Sequence record: SRR31156797_4649
Strand: one strand, 5' to 3'
Length of the DNA stretch: 64,000 nt
The notes under the pieces are model-generated. The model did no database searches. It saw only the letters and a program-made list of their open reading frames with translations, and was not told where the DNA came from. The stretch's first letter is position 1, and each line of letters opens with the position of its first letter. Positions 8,496-18,111 of the stretch are shown here, in pieces. Made by a program: the position numbers and the translations under genes.

Positions 8496-10526
8496 ATGGG
8501 CTCGGGCCAACAATATATTATATGGATTTTATTCACAATATTGATTATCCCACAAAGCCTTAAAGGACAATCAACGATTTGTCATGAGCCCTCGCAAAAA
8601 GCATTAAAACTATTTGAAAAAGGAACCAGCCACTGGAACAACGATATTAATAAGGCTAAATCCTATATCTTCAAAGCAATAGAAGCTGATCCTCAATGGG
8701 TTGAGCCATATTACTTCCTTGCTAAAACTTATTATAGAAAAGCACAACTCATTCAGTATGATACAAGAATGGTTTCTGGTTTAAATCGTTTATTAAACCG
8801 TGCTACAGATAATTTTGAAAAGGTTGTTGAATTGTGTCCGTCATTTGAAAAATATGAATCTCTCTATTATTTAGGTAAAATATATTTTGAAGGAGGAGAC
8901 CTTGGTGGCACCTTTAAATTCCTTACAAAGTACATAGAAGGAGTTGATAAAGATAGTTGGTTACCCAAAACCGAAATGATGTATGAAAAGTGTATTGCTT
9001 TTCAAAGATTGATTAACAATCCCGTTGATTTCAACCCAATTGCAGTAAAGGGAATTTGTACCGAGAATGATGAATTCATGCCACTTATCTCTGCTGATGG
9101 AACATATATGTTGTTTACACGAAAAGTTTTTAAACGAAACCCTGGACAATTATCCAAACAATTGCGCGAAGAATTCCACTCTAGTAACTTTCTGGAATGG
9201 GATTCATTAGGCAACCCTGTATTTGATGAATCAAGACCAATGCCCCATCCTTTCAATGGCGATAAAAATGAAGGAGCAGCAAGTATTACCATTGACAACA
9301 AAACAATGTATATTACTGTATGCCAACAAATTGAAATGCCTGATGGACGTCCTTATAAAAATTGTGATATTTATGAAACCTACTACCAATATGGCAAATG
9401 GGCAGATTTTCAAAAGTTGGGTAATGGTATAAATGGTTTAACAACCTGGGAAGGACATCCTACAATTTCATCTGATGGAAAGACATTATATTTTGCCTCA
9501 TACAGACCCAAAGGTATGGGTGGAATTGATATTTATTATACCAAAAAAGATTCTACCGGAACCTGGTCAGCCCCGATTAATATGGGAAGCCCTATCAATA
9601 CAGAATTAAATGAAAAGTCCCCATTTATTCACCCTGACAATGAATCACTCTACTTTGCTTCAGATGGCCATCCGGGTGTTGGGGGTTATGACATTTTTCT
9701 ATCTAAAAAGATCAAGGATAATTGGGACGAGCCTTTCAATATTGGGTATCCTATAAACTCAACTAATGACGAATCAGGGTTTGTTGTATCAACCGATGGG
9801 CAATTTGCATATTTTTCCAGTAATACATTGGAAGGTGTTGGAGGTCAAGATATTTTTGGATTTGCATTGCCTGATAACGTTAAGCCACACAAAGTATTAT
9901 TCATTAAAGGGAAACTCATAGATGGTAAAGGCTCTATGATAAAAAAAGCTGATATAAAAGTCAAAAATATATCCACGAATGAGATTTCAACAGGACTTCT
10001 GGATGAAAATACAGGTAAATATACAATAGCACTTTCAGCTAAAAAAGATGACAATTACATCATTACCGTAAAAAAGCAAAACTATTCGTTTACTTCCAAA
10101 ATCATTTCTCCTGAAAGTGACACCACAAAGGGCAAGTTTGATATGGAGTTAAATTTTGCCATGAAAGAACTAAATGTTGGGGCAAAAACACGCTTAAACA
10201 ATATCCTATTCAATACAAATAGTGCTGATTTGACTGAGTTATCAACGGCCATGCTTGATAATTTTGCAGAGTATCTAATGGACAATCCAACCATTGAGAT
10301 TAGAATTGAAGGACATACGGATAATATTGCCGATGCGAGTTTTAATATGAAACTATCCAAAAAAAGAGCTCAAAGAGTTTATCGGTATCTGATTAAAAAG
10401 GGAATAAAAAGAACTCGTATGAATTATGAAGGGTATGGCGAAACTAAACCTATTGGCGATAATAATACCGAAAAAGGACGTGCAAAAAACAGAAGAACAG
10501 AATTTGTAATTACAGCTTTAGATTAA
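8496..10526 (+). CDS. PorE-like OmpA-family protein (TPR + PD40 beta-propeller + carboxypeptidase-regulatory-like + OmpA_C)
   Basis: TPR-like N-terminus; PD40 repeats (PTISSDGKTLYFAS, PFIHPDNESLYFAS, GGYDIF); OmpA_C motifs IEGHTD...LSKKRA...GYGE...NRRTEF. Confidence 0.88.
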   Translation: MGSGQQYIIWILFTILIIPQSLKGQSTICHEPSQKALKLFEKGTSHWNNDINKAKSYIFKAIEADPQWVEPYYFLAKTYYRKAQLIQYDTRMVSGLNRLLNRATDNFEKVVELCPSFEKYESLYYLGKIYFEGGDLGGTFKFLTKYIEGVDKDSWLPKTEMMYEKCIAFQRLINNPVDFNPIAVKGICTENDEFMPLISADGTYMLFTRKVFKRNPGQLSKQLREEFHSSNFLEWDSLGNPVFDESRPMPHPFNGDKNEGAASITIDNKTMYITVCQQIEMPDGRPYKNCDIYETYYQYGKWADFQKLGNGINGLTTWEGHPTISSDGKTLYFASYRPKGMGGIDIYYTKKDSTGTWSAPINMGSPINTELNEKSPFIHPDNESLYFASDGHPGVGGYDIFLSKKIKDNWDEPFNIGYPINSTNDESGFVVSTDGQFAYFSSNTLEGVGGQDIFGFALPDNVKPHKVLFIKGKLIDGKGSMIKKADIKVKNISTNEISTGLLDENTGKYTIALSAKKDDNYIITVKKQNYSFTSKIISPESDTTKGKFDMELNFAMKELNVGAKTRLNNILFNTNSADLTELSTAMLDNFAEYLMDNPTIEIRIEGHTDNIADASFNMKLSKKRAQRVYRYLIKKGIKRTRMNYEGYGETKPIGDNNTEKGRAKNRRTEFVITALD

Positions 10527-10529
10527 ACA

Positions 10530-11726
10530 CTAAACGGTTCCTTTCTTAGCTAATTTTCTTATTAAACGATATGCATTAAATCCGGTTAAAAGAATAAATG
10601 CAGCCATCACTAATCCAGAAATTCGTATAGCAAAACCTGAGCTAAATGCTTTTAAATCGATATATCTTTCTGCTAAAAATTCAATTACTCCTGATGTTAC
10701 GATATTTAATGTAAATATGGCAGCAATGAATACAATTACAGCCACAACTAGTTGAACTGTAAAATAATATCTGAATAATAATGAAGGTTTATAGCCGAGA
10801 AGAATCAGCTGATAAATCTCGTCTTTGTTACGCTGAACTGTCAACTGAAGGGTTAAGGCATACACAATTAAAGCTAAAATAATGATTAACCCTGCGATAA
10901 AAAGTAAAATTGTTCCACTTGTATGAACAAAAAGCGCAACTCTCCCACCCTGAAATGCATCGTGAGTTGTTTCATAACCATTATTCTCCAGGTAAGTATA
11001 GAGGTCCTTCTCCATATTAGGCTTTAACTTGAGGACTATCCTTTCTGGTTTTTGTTTTCCATTTCTGGTAAATCTTTTATTTGCTTCAACCAAAAACTCA
11101 TGCGGAACTAAAAGTGACTGAATTCGATTAGAGAACCCAACTATAGAACCAGTATATCTCTCCAAATTATAGGAATTATATAACTCCATCTCGAAATTAA
11201 ACTGCCCAATTAAGCTTTCTGAAACATTAGGCAAACCCTGCGCCTTAGCAAATCCGAAATTATATAGATTCAAATACTCTTTTGGAATAATTACCGGTAT
11301 ATGTTCTTGTCCTTTTTCCCAACCCCATTTTTCGGGAATTTTATCAAGAAACCTGTCAGGTACTGCCTCAAAAAACATTTCAGTACGCATATAAGGCATA
11401 TTTGCAGTTCCTCTCCTTTTGGCTTCAACTCCAAAATTAGATCTAACAAAAGGAGCCATATCATCTACAAATGGAGCGTCCTTTAAGCTATCCATTTCTG
11501 ATTCAGAAAATGAGCTTAATGCAGAACTTACTGTGTTTAGCAGGTTTATCTTTTTATTGATAGTCACATATTGATCACTATCACCTTCCGGAGTATCGGT
11601 AAAAGTGTTGTATAAATTCCAGGCATTTAGGGTGATCATTAAAATCAAGAAACCAACCAAAGCTCCTAAAACAGCTCCAAAAAAATATCCAATTGGTATG
11701 TTGCTAAATAGTATCTTCCTGATCAT
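10530..11726 (-). CDS. FtsX/MacB-like ABC transporter permease
   Basis: One N-terminal TM helix, a large periplasmic loop and three C-terminal TM helices; directly follows an ABC ATPase. Confidence 0.7.
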   Translation of the reverse strand: MIRKILFSNIPIGYFFGAVLGALVGFLILMITLNAWNLYNTFTDTPEGDSDQYVTINKKINLLNTVSSALSSFSESEMDSLKDAPFVDDMAPFVRSNFGVEAKRRGTANMPYMRTEMFFEAVPDRFLDKIPEKWGWEKGQEHIPVIIPKEYLNLYNFGFAKAQGLPNVSESLIGQFNFEMELYNSYNLERYTGSIVGFSNRIQSLLVPHEFLVEANKRFTRNGKQKPERIVLKLKPNMEKDLYTYLENNGYETTHDAFQGGRVALFVHTSGTILLFIAGLIIILALIVYALTLQLTVQRNKDEIYQLILLGYKPSLLFRYYFTVQLVVAVIVFIAAIFTLNIVTSGVIEFLAERYIDLKAFSSGFAIRISGLVMAAFILLTGFNAYRLIRKLAKKGTV

Positions 11727-11727
11727 T

Positions 11728-12372
11728 TTACAGTATTATTTTTGTACTCCCTTCTATGAAAGCCTCCTCATTCAACTTGGTTACAATAAGTCCGGCATTT
11801 CGCTTATGGCATACCTCCTGAATGAGTTTTGCTGCATTTAAAGAAGTCTCTGTATCTAAGTGACTAAATGGCTCATCTAACAATAACCAATCAAATGGTT
11901 GAGCAAAAGCACGAATAATTGCCAAACGTTGCTGCTGACCATATGACATTAAACCGGCTTTTTTATGCAACTGATCTGCAATATTCAACTGTTCAGCAAA
12001 TTGCTGAATAGATGCTTTATCAATTGTTCGTGCAATTCGGTTTTTTATTTCAATGTTTTGCCAACCGGTTAAATGTTTAAATAATCTCAAACCTTGAAAT
12101 ACGTAGCTAATATTATTTGTACGTAACCTTGACCATTTATTTAAAGAAAAGTTTTTAACGTCTTCATCATTAATCAAGATCTCTCCGTTATAATCCTTTC
12201 GGCGACCAAAAATCATATCGAGCACAGTGGTTTTACCTTTTCCTGAAGATGCTATGATCTCATAGGTTTTACCATGCTCAAATACTAACTCTTTGCCATG
12301 CCAAAGACTATCCTGCACATATTGCATGCCTTCAATTGGGTGTGGCAAAACATGTGAGAACTTAATTTGCAT
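11728..12372 (-). CDS. ABC transporter ATP-binding protein
   Basis: Walker A SSGKGKT, variant signature MSYGQQQR and Walker B LLLDEPFSHLD. Confidence 0.88.
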   Translation of the reverse strand: MQIKFSHVLPHPIEGMQYVQDSLWHGKELVFEHGKTYEIIASSGKGKTTVLDMIFGRRKDYNGEILINDEDVKNFSLNKWSRLRTNNISYVFQGLRLFKHLTGWQNIEIKNRIARTIDKASIQQFAEQLNIADQLHKKAGLMSYGQQQRLAIIRAFAQPFDWLLLDEPFSHLDTETSLNAAKLIQEVCHKRNAGLIVTKLNEEAFIEGSTKIIL

Positions 12373-12377
12373 TAATA

Positions 12378-13064
12378 CTAGTTATAAAGTGGTTTGCGAA
12401 TAAAGAAGTAAATTATTATTTCGAATAATTCAGCAAAAATATATGTCCCAAATAAGATTCCTATCGACATAAAACTACCCATTATGAGGCCAATAAATCC
12501 GTCACCTAATAATTTAAAATAATCAGATGCAGTTTCAATGAATACGGCAGCAAATGTATTACCAACAAACTCATTAACCATTGAGGAACCAACGCCACCA
12601 ATCATATTACCTAATGATTCTATAGGAGCATATGGAATAGCAGCCAAAATAATTGCAAAGAATGAAATCAAAGCAGCAAAAATTGGAAGAACTGCAACAG
12701 CTTCTCCTAAGGTTTTCACAAACCGTGGAAATAGGAAAATAGCTCCACCAAAGTCTTTCTCTTTGAAATCATTAGCCCTTTTCCAGAATATTGCAGCAAT
12801 ACTAAGAAATAAACCCGCAGAGATTAAAAAAGTAATCACAAAACAAATAATGGAACGTACCAACTCAAAGTCATCAAGTGATCTTAGCATTGTTAAATAA
12901 CCTGTTTTACCAAGTAAACCAGTTACTAATAAATATATTCCGTAAATTGTAATTCCAACAGCAGCCAATTTAAAAACGAAGTAAAAAATATTCTTAAAAA
13001 CTTTACCTGCTTGTTGATCTAAATTATCAAGAGGTTGTCCAATTACTTTTGAATAGAATCCCAT
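12378..13064 (-). CDS. Hypothetical membrane protein (about 4 TM helices)
   Basis: Several hydrophobic segments; 5 nt from the ABC ATPase and probably co-transcribed. Confidence 0.65.
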   Translation of the reverse strand: MGFYSKVIGQPLDNLDQQAGKVFKNIFYFVFKLAAVGITIYGIYLLVTGLLGKTGYLTMLRSLDDFELVRSIICFVITFLISAGLFLSIAAIFWKRANDFKEKDFGGAIFLFPRFVKTLGEAVAVLPIFAALISFFAIILAAIPYAPIESLGNMIGGVGSSMVNEFVGNTFAAVFIETASDYFKLLGDGFIGLIMGSFMSIGILFGTYIFAELFEIIIYFFIRKPLYN

Positions 13065-13190
13065 TTTTTCGGGTTTTATAAGGTTTCTGTACGCAATAAT
13101 TTTTAAATATAATACGAATTTCTCTATTCAGAAAAAAAAATAGTTTTCTAGTCCCAATTTTAATGAATCATAACATTTCATTAGCATTCA

Positions 13191-14321
13191 CTACAAAAAT
13201 TGGCGGCTAAATTTAATGATACGTTCTATACCTTCATTGATTTCCTTTTCTGGTCTTGCTATATTAAATCTCAGAAAATGCTGCCCGTGATCGCTAAAGT
13301 GAATACCAGGTATAGCAGCCACTGATTCCTGATCATAAAGATTCATTGCATATTGAAAACCATCTATTTGCCCGGGTAGTTTTGCCCAAACATAGTAACC
13401 TCCCTTAGCATCAGGAACTTCAAATCCTAATTTTTGCAACTCAGCAGAAATTTGAGCATATGACTTTTTCAAATGTTGTCTAGCATTATTTATATAGGAT
13501 TTCCCATAATTTTCACTTGTAAGGAACCTTGCAAGTGCTTCCTGTAATGGGGCATTTACGCATAATCCAATATAATCATGAATATCTCTTAATGTTTCTG
13601 TGTGCTTCTGATGACAAAAGAAATAACCTATGCGCCAACCTGTTATTGATAGCATTTTACTATAGCTATTTACGTAAAAAATATTTGGGCTTAAGTTTTC
13701 TTCCGGGAAATAAATCGGCTTATCATACCACAACTCCCTGTAAACAGCATCAATTATCAAATAAGCACCATTATTTTCACAAATAGTACGTAAATTATTC
13801 ATTTGGCTCTCAGAAAAAACATAACCATAAGGATTACCGGGAGAATTTACAAAAATAGCTTTGACATTGTTCTTTTTTACAAACTCTTCCAAATGCAAGT
13901 ATTCAAAATCTAAATGCGCATATGCTTTAAATGGAATATTCATTATTCGGGGCAAGTGCTTATAACTTTCATAAACCGGATCAAATGCCATAGCTGAAAA
14001 ACCCGGATCTAATTTATATTTTAAATACTGCATAATCAATGAAAGCGCCTCAGTAGCACCTTGCGTTATAAGCAATTGATCTTCTTCATATTTCAAATGA
14101 CTATAATGATTCAATATCTCATTTCGAAGCTTCAAATTCCCAATGCCGGGTGCATACTGATGCACATTTTCATCGGCAACTTCTTTCAAGTACTTTGGCA
14201 ATTCAGCAGGTGGATCAATCCCGGGAATTCCCTGAGCAAAGTTGATACCTCCATGTTGCTTCACTTTATTACTCATGAAACTGATCAAAGAGCCTTTCGG
14301 AACATCATATTGTTTAGTCAT
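13191..14321 (-). CDS. PLP-dependent aminotransferase, class I/II
   Basis: INFAQGIP, NSPGNPYG, IDAVY, SYSKMLSITGWRIG (PLP lysine) and LRFN. Start set at MTKQY (14321), just past the upstream stop. Confidence 0.88.
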   Translation of the reverse strand: MTKQYDVPKGSLISFMSNKVKQHGGINFAQGIPGIDPPAELPKYLKEVADENVHQYAPGIGNLKLRNEILNHYSHLKYEEDQLLITQGATEALSLIMQYLKYKLDPGFSAMAFDPVYESYKHLPRIMNIPFKAYAHLDFEYLHLEEFVKKNNVKAIFVNSPGNPYGYVFSESQMNNLRTICENNGAYLIIDAVYRELWYDKPIYFPEENLSPNIFYVNSYSKMLSITGWRIGYFFCHQKHTETLRDIHDYIGLCVNAPLQEALARFLTSENYGKSYINNARQHLKKSYAQISAELQKLGFEVPDAKGGYYVWAKLPGQIDGFQYAMNLYDQESVAAIPGIHFSDHGQHFLRFNIARPEKEINEGIERIIKFSRQFL

Positions 14322-14322
14322 G

Positions 14323-15066
14323 TTATTTGCTATTTTGTATAATTGCTTCTGCTTTTTGAATTCTTTCAACGGTGCCTAAATCAAACCATTTTTGCGGATC
14401 ATGCTCCCAGCCTGCAATTTTAACATTTTCACATAAATTGATATACCATGGAATCAAAGGAAAAACTTCTTCTTTTGGGGCAAATTCTTGAATAATTTTT
14501 GAATCTACAAGATGCATCCCACTAAATGCTTTATACAATGTAGGATCATTATCATGGACGCCAATAAACTCTCCTGTTTTAAAATTCATCCAACCCTTTA
14601 ATAATTCATCTTTAAATAAAAGTTTCCTACCAGTATCACGATTGCTTAATGCCAATGTAATTTCTCGGCCTTTGACTTTATGACTGTTAAATAAAGACTT
14701 ATAATCAACATCAGCATAAACATCCACATTATGTACAAAGATTGTTTCATATGTTCCATTTAATAGCTTAGCAGCTTTAACTAAACCTCCACCGGTATCT
14801 AATAATTGATCTGACTCATCAGAAATATCAATATCATATCTATTTGTCAACCTTAATATTTCGCTCCGCATTAATTCAGGAAAATGGTGAATATTTACCA
14901 CAAACTTCCTAATTCCAAGGTTAAATAACTTCTCAATTACGTTTTCGAGCATAGTTCTACCTAAAAAGCGAACCAGTGCTTTAGGTTTATTGTCTGTCAA
15001 TGGTTTAAGCCTAGTGCCCAATCCAGCTGCTGGAATAAAAGCTGCAATATGTTCAAAACCAGCCAT
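14323..15066 (-). CDS. Nucleotidyltransferase, MurU-like (MurNAc-1-P uridylyltransferase)
   Basis: AAGLGTRLKPLTDNKPKALV, LLDTGGGL, HNVDV and WFDLGT; coupled to an AmgK-like kinase. Confidence 0.8.
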   Translation of the reverse strand: MAGFEHIAAFIPAAGLGTRLKPLTDNKPKALVRFLGRTMLENVIEKLFNLGIRKFVVNIHHFPELMRSEILRLTNRYDIDISDESDQLLDTGGGLVKAAKLLNGTYETIFVHNVDVYADVDYKSLFNSHKVKGREITLALSNRDTGRKLLFKDELLKGWMNFKTGEFIGVHDNDPTLYKAFSGMHLVDSKIIQEFAPKEEVFPLIPWYINLCENVKIAGWEHDPQKWFDLGTVERIQKAEAIIQNSK

Positions 15067-16496
15067 TATAGCGTATAGGATTTATTTTGTATAAGATGAT
15101 TTACTTTGATTTGAATAGCAGGAAATACTTCTTTGAGCATTTTAGCCATATTCTCAGCACAATACACACTACGATGTTGCCCCCCGGTACATCCAAAATT
15201 GACAGATAAATATTTAAACCCACGCTTTTGGTAAGCCTCTACGTGAGTTTTCAATATTTTCATTGTATCGTCAAGATATTCTGATACTTCATCATGTTGC
15301 TCTAACCAATCTATTACTTCGGCATCCATACCGGTAAGCTTTTTATAAGCGTCGAGTCTGCCAGGATTGGGTAGTAACCTGCAATCAAATGCATAACCAC
15401 CTCCATGGCCACTAAAATCAGGTGGTACTCCACCATTGATATACGAGAAACTATTAATTACCAATTGAAAAGTATCTTTTTCTTCGATTTTATATAGATA
15501 CTGCTTACTTACCAACTCCTCAAGACATCTTTTAAGCTCAGGAACAAAATCTAATGCTACCAGGTTAGGCATTAACGATTTTAAATTCTCCAGCGCATAA
15601 CTTATTGATTGCAAGAAATGAGACTTTTTCTGATATATACCTCTGTAACCATACGCTCCTAAAGTTTGTAAAACTCTTATTAATGCTACCGGATAGTAGT
15701 AATTTAGAAATCTATCTTCATCTATATCTGTTTTCTTTTTGAGAGACTCCATATAATGCTTCAACAAAATATTTCGATCACTATCTGATAATCTTGCTTT
15801 TGCCTGATATAATAAAGATGCAACATCATAACCTAAAGGTCCTCGCCTTCCTCCCTGATAATCAATGAACCATGGCTCTCCATCTTTCAACATGATATTG
15901 CGAGATTGAAAATCACGATACATAAAATAACTAGTCTTATCATTCAGTACATGATCCATCAAAGTGTCAAAATCATGATGTAAATCTCTATCATTAAAAT
16001 CAATATCATGTAGCTTTAAAAAGTAATATTTAAAATATTCCAGGTCCCAACCTATGCTCTTCTTATTGAAAACTTTTACGGGGTAAAACTTAGATTGATC
16101 AAATAACTCAGATTCAATTGTTTGAAAACCAACTAGAGCAGTAACTGCTTTTTTATAGGTTGCCAATAGTTCCTCATTTAAGTAATCACCTTCACGACTT
16201 ATAACCTTGTCATATAATAATTCATCCCCTAAGTCACTCTGCAGGTAATACATTCGGCTTTTATCGATTTCTAAAACTTCAGGTACATTCAACTGATTTT
16301 TATTAAAAACATCGGTTAAATGAAAGAATGCTTCATTTTCCTCAATATTACTATTATAGCATCCAATTATTGAGGTATCTCCATCACTTAATCTAAAATA
16401 CTTGCGCTTTGAACCACTTTGCTTTAACTCTGTGATATATTTAGCATTAAAACCCGTAGTTTTCAGAAATAAATTTTTAAGTATATCTAAATTCAT
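15066..16496 (-). CDS. AmgK-like anomeric sugar kinase (APH fold) fused to a RapZ C-terminal domain
   Basis: Kinase motifs GSKRKYFRL, RDFQSRNIM, IDYQG and YDVASLL. RapZ-CTD motifs SFSY...FDCRLLPNPG...GCTGGQHRSV. Confidence 0.85.
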   Translation of the reverse strand: MNLDILKNLFLKTTGFNAKYITELKQSGSKRKYFRLSDGDTSIIGCYNSNIEENEAFFHLTDVFNKNQLNVPEVLEIDKSRMYYLQSDLGDELLYDKVISREGDYLNEELLATYKKAVTALVGFQTIESELFDQSKFYPVKVFNKKSIGWDLEYFKYYFLKLHDIDFNDRDLHHDFDTLMDHVLNDKTSYFMYRDFQSRNIMLKDGEPWFIDYQGGRRGPLGYDVASLLYQAKARLSDSDRNILLKHYMESLKKKTDIDEDRFLNYYYPVALIRVLQTLGAYGYRGIYQKKSHFLQSISYALENLKSLMPNLVALDFVPELKRCLEELVSKQYLYKIEEKDTFQLVINSFSYINGGVPPDFSGHGGGYAFDCRLLPNPGRLDAYKKLTGMDAEVIDWLEQHDEVSEYLDDTMKILKTHVEAYQKRGFKYLSVNFGCTGGQHRSVYCAENMAKMLKEVFPAIQIKVNHLIQNKSYTL

Positions 16497-16515
16497 TTTT
16501 GTTGGATTAAAAACT

Positions 16516-16523
16516 CAAAAATA
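16516..16523 (-). promoter_or_regulatory. Putative -7 element for the amgK-like operon
   Basis: Minus strand TATTTTTG about 20 nt upstream of the ATG. Confidence 0.45.
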
Positions 16524-16596
16524 CGCATTCAAGTATCAATACCCAACCAAATAGTTTCTTAAAACTAAAAATTATAGGTCATTTAAATGAAGCGCT

Positions 16597-16604
16597 TATT
16601 TTTG
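16597..16604 (+). promoter_or_regulatory. Putative -7 element for the ProXp-ala gene
   Basis: TATTTTTG 13 nt before ATG 16618. Confidence 0.45.
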
Positions 16605-16617
16605 TAAGAAAAAAAAT

Positions 16618-17112
16618 ATGATTGGGCAAAAGAAATTATATCAAACACTAGAAAAACTAAATATTAAATTCGAATATCACGAACACCCTCCACTTAATAC
16701 CATAGAAGAAGCCATTAAGCATAAATCATGGATGGATGCTACTTTTTGCAAAAACTTGTTTTTCAGAAACCATAAAGGAAAAAAGCATTATTTGGTGATA
16801 TTGCATCATGCTTACCAGATGGACATTCATGATCTTGAAAAACGGCTAAAACAAGGTAAACTATCGTTCGCTTCAGAGTGGCGCATGGAGAAATATCTTG
16901 GCTTAAAACCTGGTTCGGTTTCTCCATTTGGACTTATCAATGATGAAACCAATCACACACACATTTTCTTTGATGAGAACCTTAAAAAATCATCGAAATT
17001 AAGCTTTCATCCTAATGATAACAGGGCAACTTTAAATATTGGATTTGATGATTTTATGAAATTTATGGAAGATACTGGTAATAGTTTTGAGTTTCTAAAA
17101 CTCTATGATTAG
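16618..17112 (+). CDS. YbaK/ProXp-ala (PrdX) family aminoacyl-tRNA deacylase
   Basis: EHPPL, CKNLFFRN, LSFAS, PGSVSPFGLIND and FHPNDN. Confidence 0.88.
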   Translation: MIGQKKLYQTLEKLNIKFEYHEHPPLNTIEEAIKHKSWMDATFCKNLFFRNHKGKKHYLVILHHAYQMDIHDLEKRLKQGKLSFASEWRMEKYLGLKPGSVSPFGLINDETNHTHIFFDENLKKSSKLSFHPNDNRATLNIGFDDFMKFMEDTGNSFEFLKLYD

Positions 17113-17129
17113 GCCAGGCACTTTATTCT

Positions 17130-17582
17130 TTAGCTTTTATTCTTTAATTTTTTAGTTATTTCCAATAATTGTGTTTCTGTGAGTCTTGGTCTTTGATTGC
17201 TATCAAGATATGTATTATTATAATCTTGAAGCAAAGGATACCAATCTCCAGGATCAGGCAAATCTCCATCCTTCCGAGGTATCACGTGCACATGAAGATG
17301 AGGAATGGTTTGCCCTGCTGATTTCCCATCTTGAATTGTCCAATTAAAACCTGTATTTGGGAAAAACACATTGAGTAAATCATTCACTTTTTTTGTAAAT
17401 GGCAATAATCCAGATAATTCCTCTGTAGACAATTCATCAAATCTTTCAACATGTCGATGAGGAATAATTAATGAATGTCCAGGCAAAATTGGCGATCGAT
17501 TATAAATAGCTTTAAAAAACTCATTTTTAAGGAAGTACAATTCGCTTTCATCACTAATACAAAAGGGACATTTCACATTCAT
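17130..17582 (-). CDS. HIT family hydrolase, Fhit-like
   Basis: CPFC, PILPGHSLIIP and QDGKSAGQTIPHLHVHVIPR (histidine triad). Confidence 0.92.
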   Translation of the reverse strand: MNVKCPFCISDESELYFLKNEFFKAIYNRSPILPGHSLIIPHRHVERFDELSTEELSGLLPFTKKVNDLLNVFFPNTGFNWTIQDGKSAGQTIPHLHVHVIPRKDGDLPDPGDWYPLLQDYNNTYLDSNQRPRLTETQLLEITKKLKNKS

Positions 17583-17588
17583 AAATCT

Positions 17589-18104
17589 TTATCCTAAAAT
17601 TGAAACTGGTGAAATATTTAAATTGATATCACGATGTTGATACTTGTCCGGATAACCAATGCCATATAAAGCCAGAACTTCAAGTTGATCGTCCATATTC
17701 AATAAATTCTTAACATATTCAGAAGAGCTCAATTCTTCAGAATAATTTCGATTTCTAATCTGAACCCAACAACCTCCCAATCCAAGATTGACTGTTTCCA
17801 ACATCACAAAAGATGCAGCAATTGAAGCATCTTCAATCCACACATCGGAAATATTAGGATCTGCTGCCAGCACAACCACGAGAGGAGCTTCTTTTAAAAA
17901 GGCAGAACCATGAGGTTTGCTTTCTGCAAGTTTTTCATTAATTAATGAATCTTTTACCATAAAAAATTGACATGGAAAACTTGCCTTGGAAGAAGGAGCT
18001 TGCAATAGCGTTTCAATAAGTTTATCGATTTTGGCTGGTTCAATTGGTTGATTTGTAAATTTTCGTATACTTCTTCTTTCTTGAATTAATTGATTAAATT
18101 CCAT
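17589..18104 (-). CDS. Nitroreductase family protein
   Basis: RRSIRKF, APSSK, WIEDASIA, LGLGGCWVQIR and IGYP. Confidence 0.92.
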   Translation of the reverse strand: MEFNQLIQERRSIRKFTNQPIEPAKIDKLIETLLQAPSSKASFPCQFFMVKDSLINEKLAESKPHGSAFLKEAPLVVVLAADPNISDVWIEDASIAASFVMLETVNLGLGGCWVQIRNRNYSEELSSSEYVKNLLNMDDQLEVLALYGIGYPDKYQHRDINLNISPVSILG

Positions 18105-18111
18105 TTATGGT

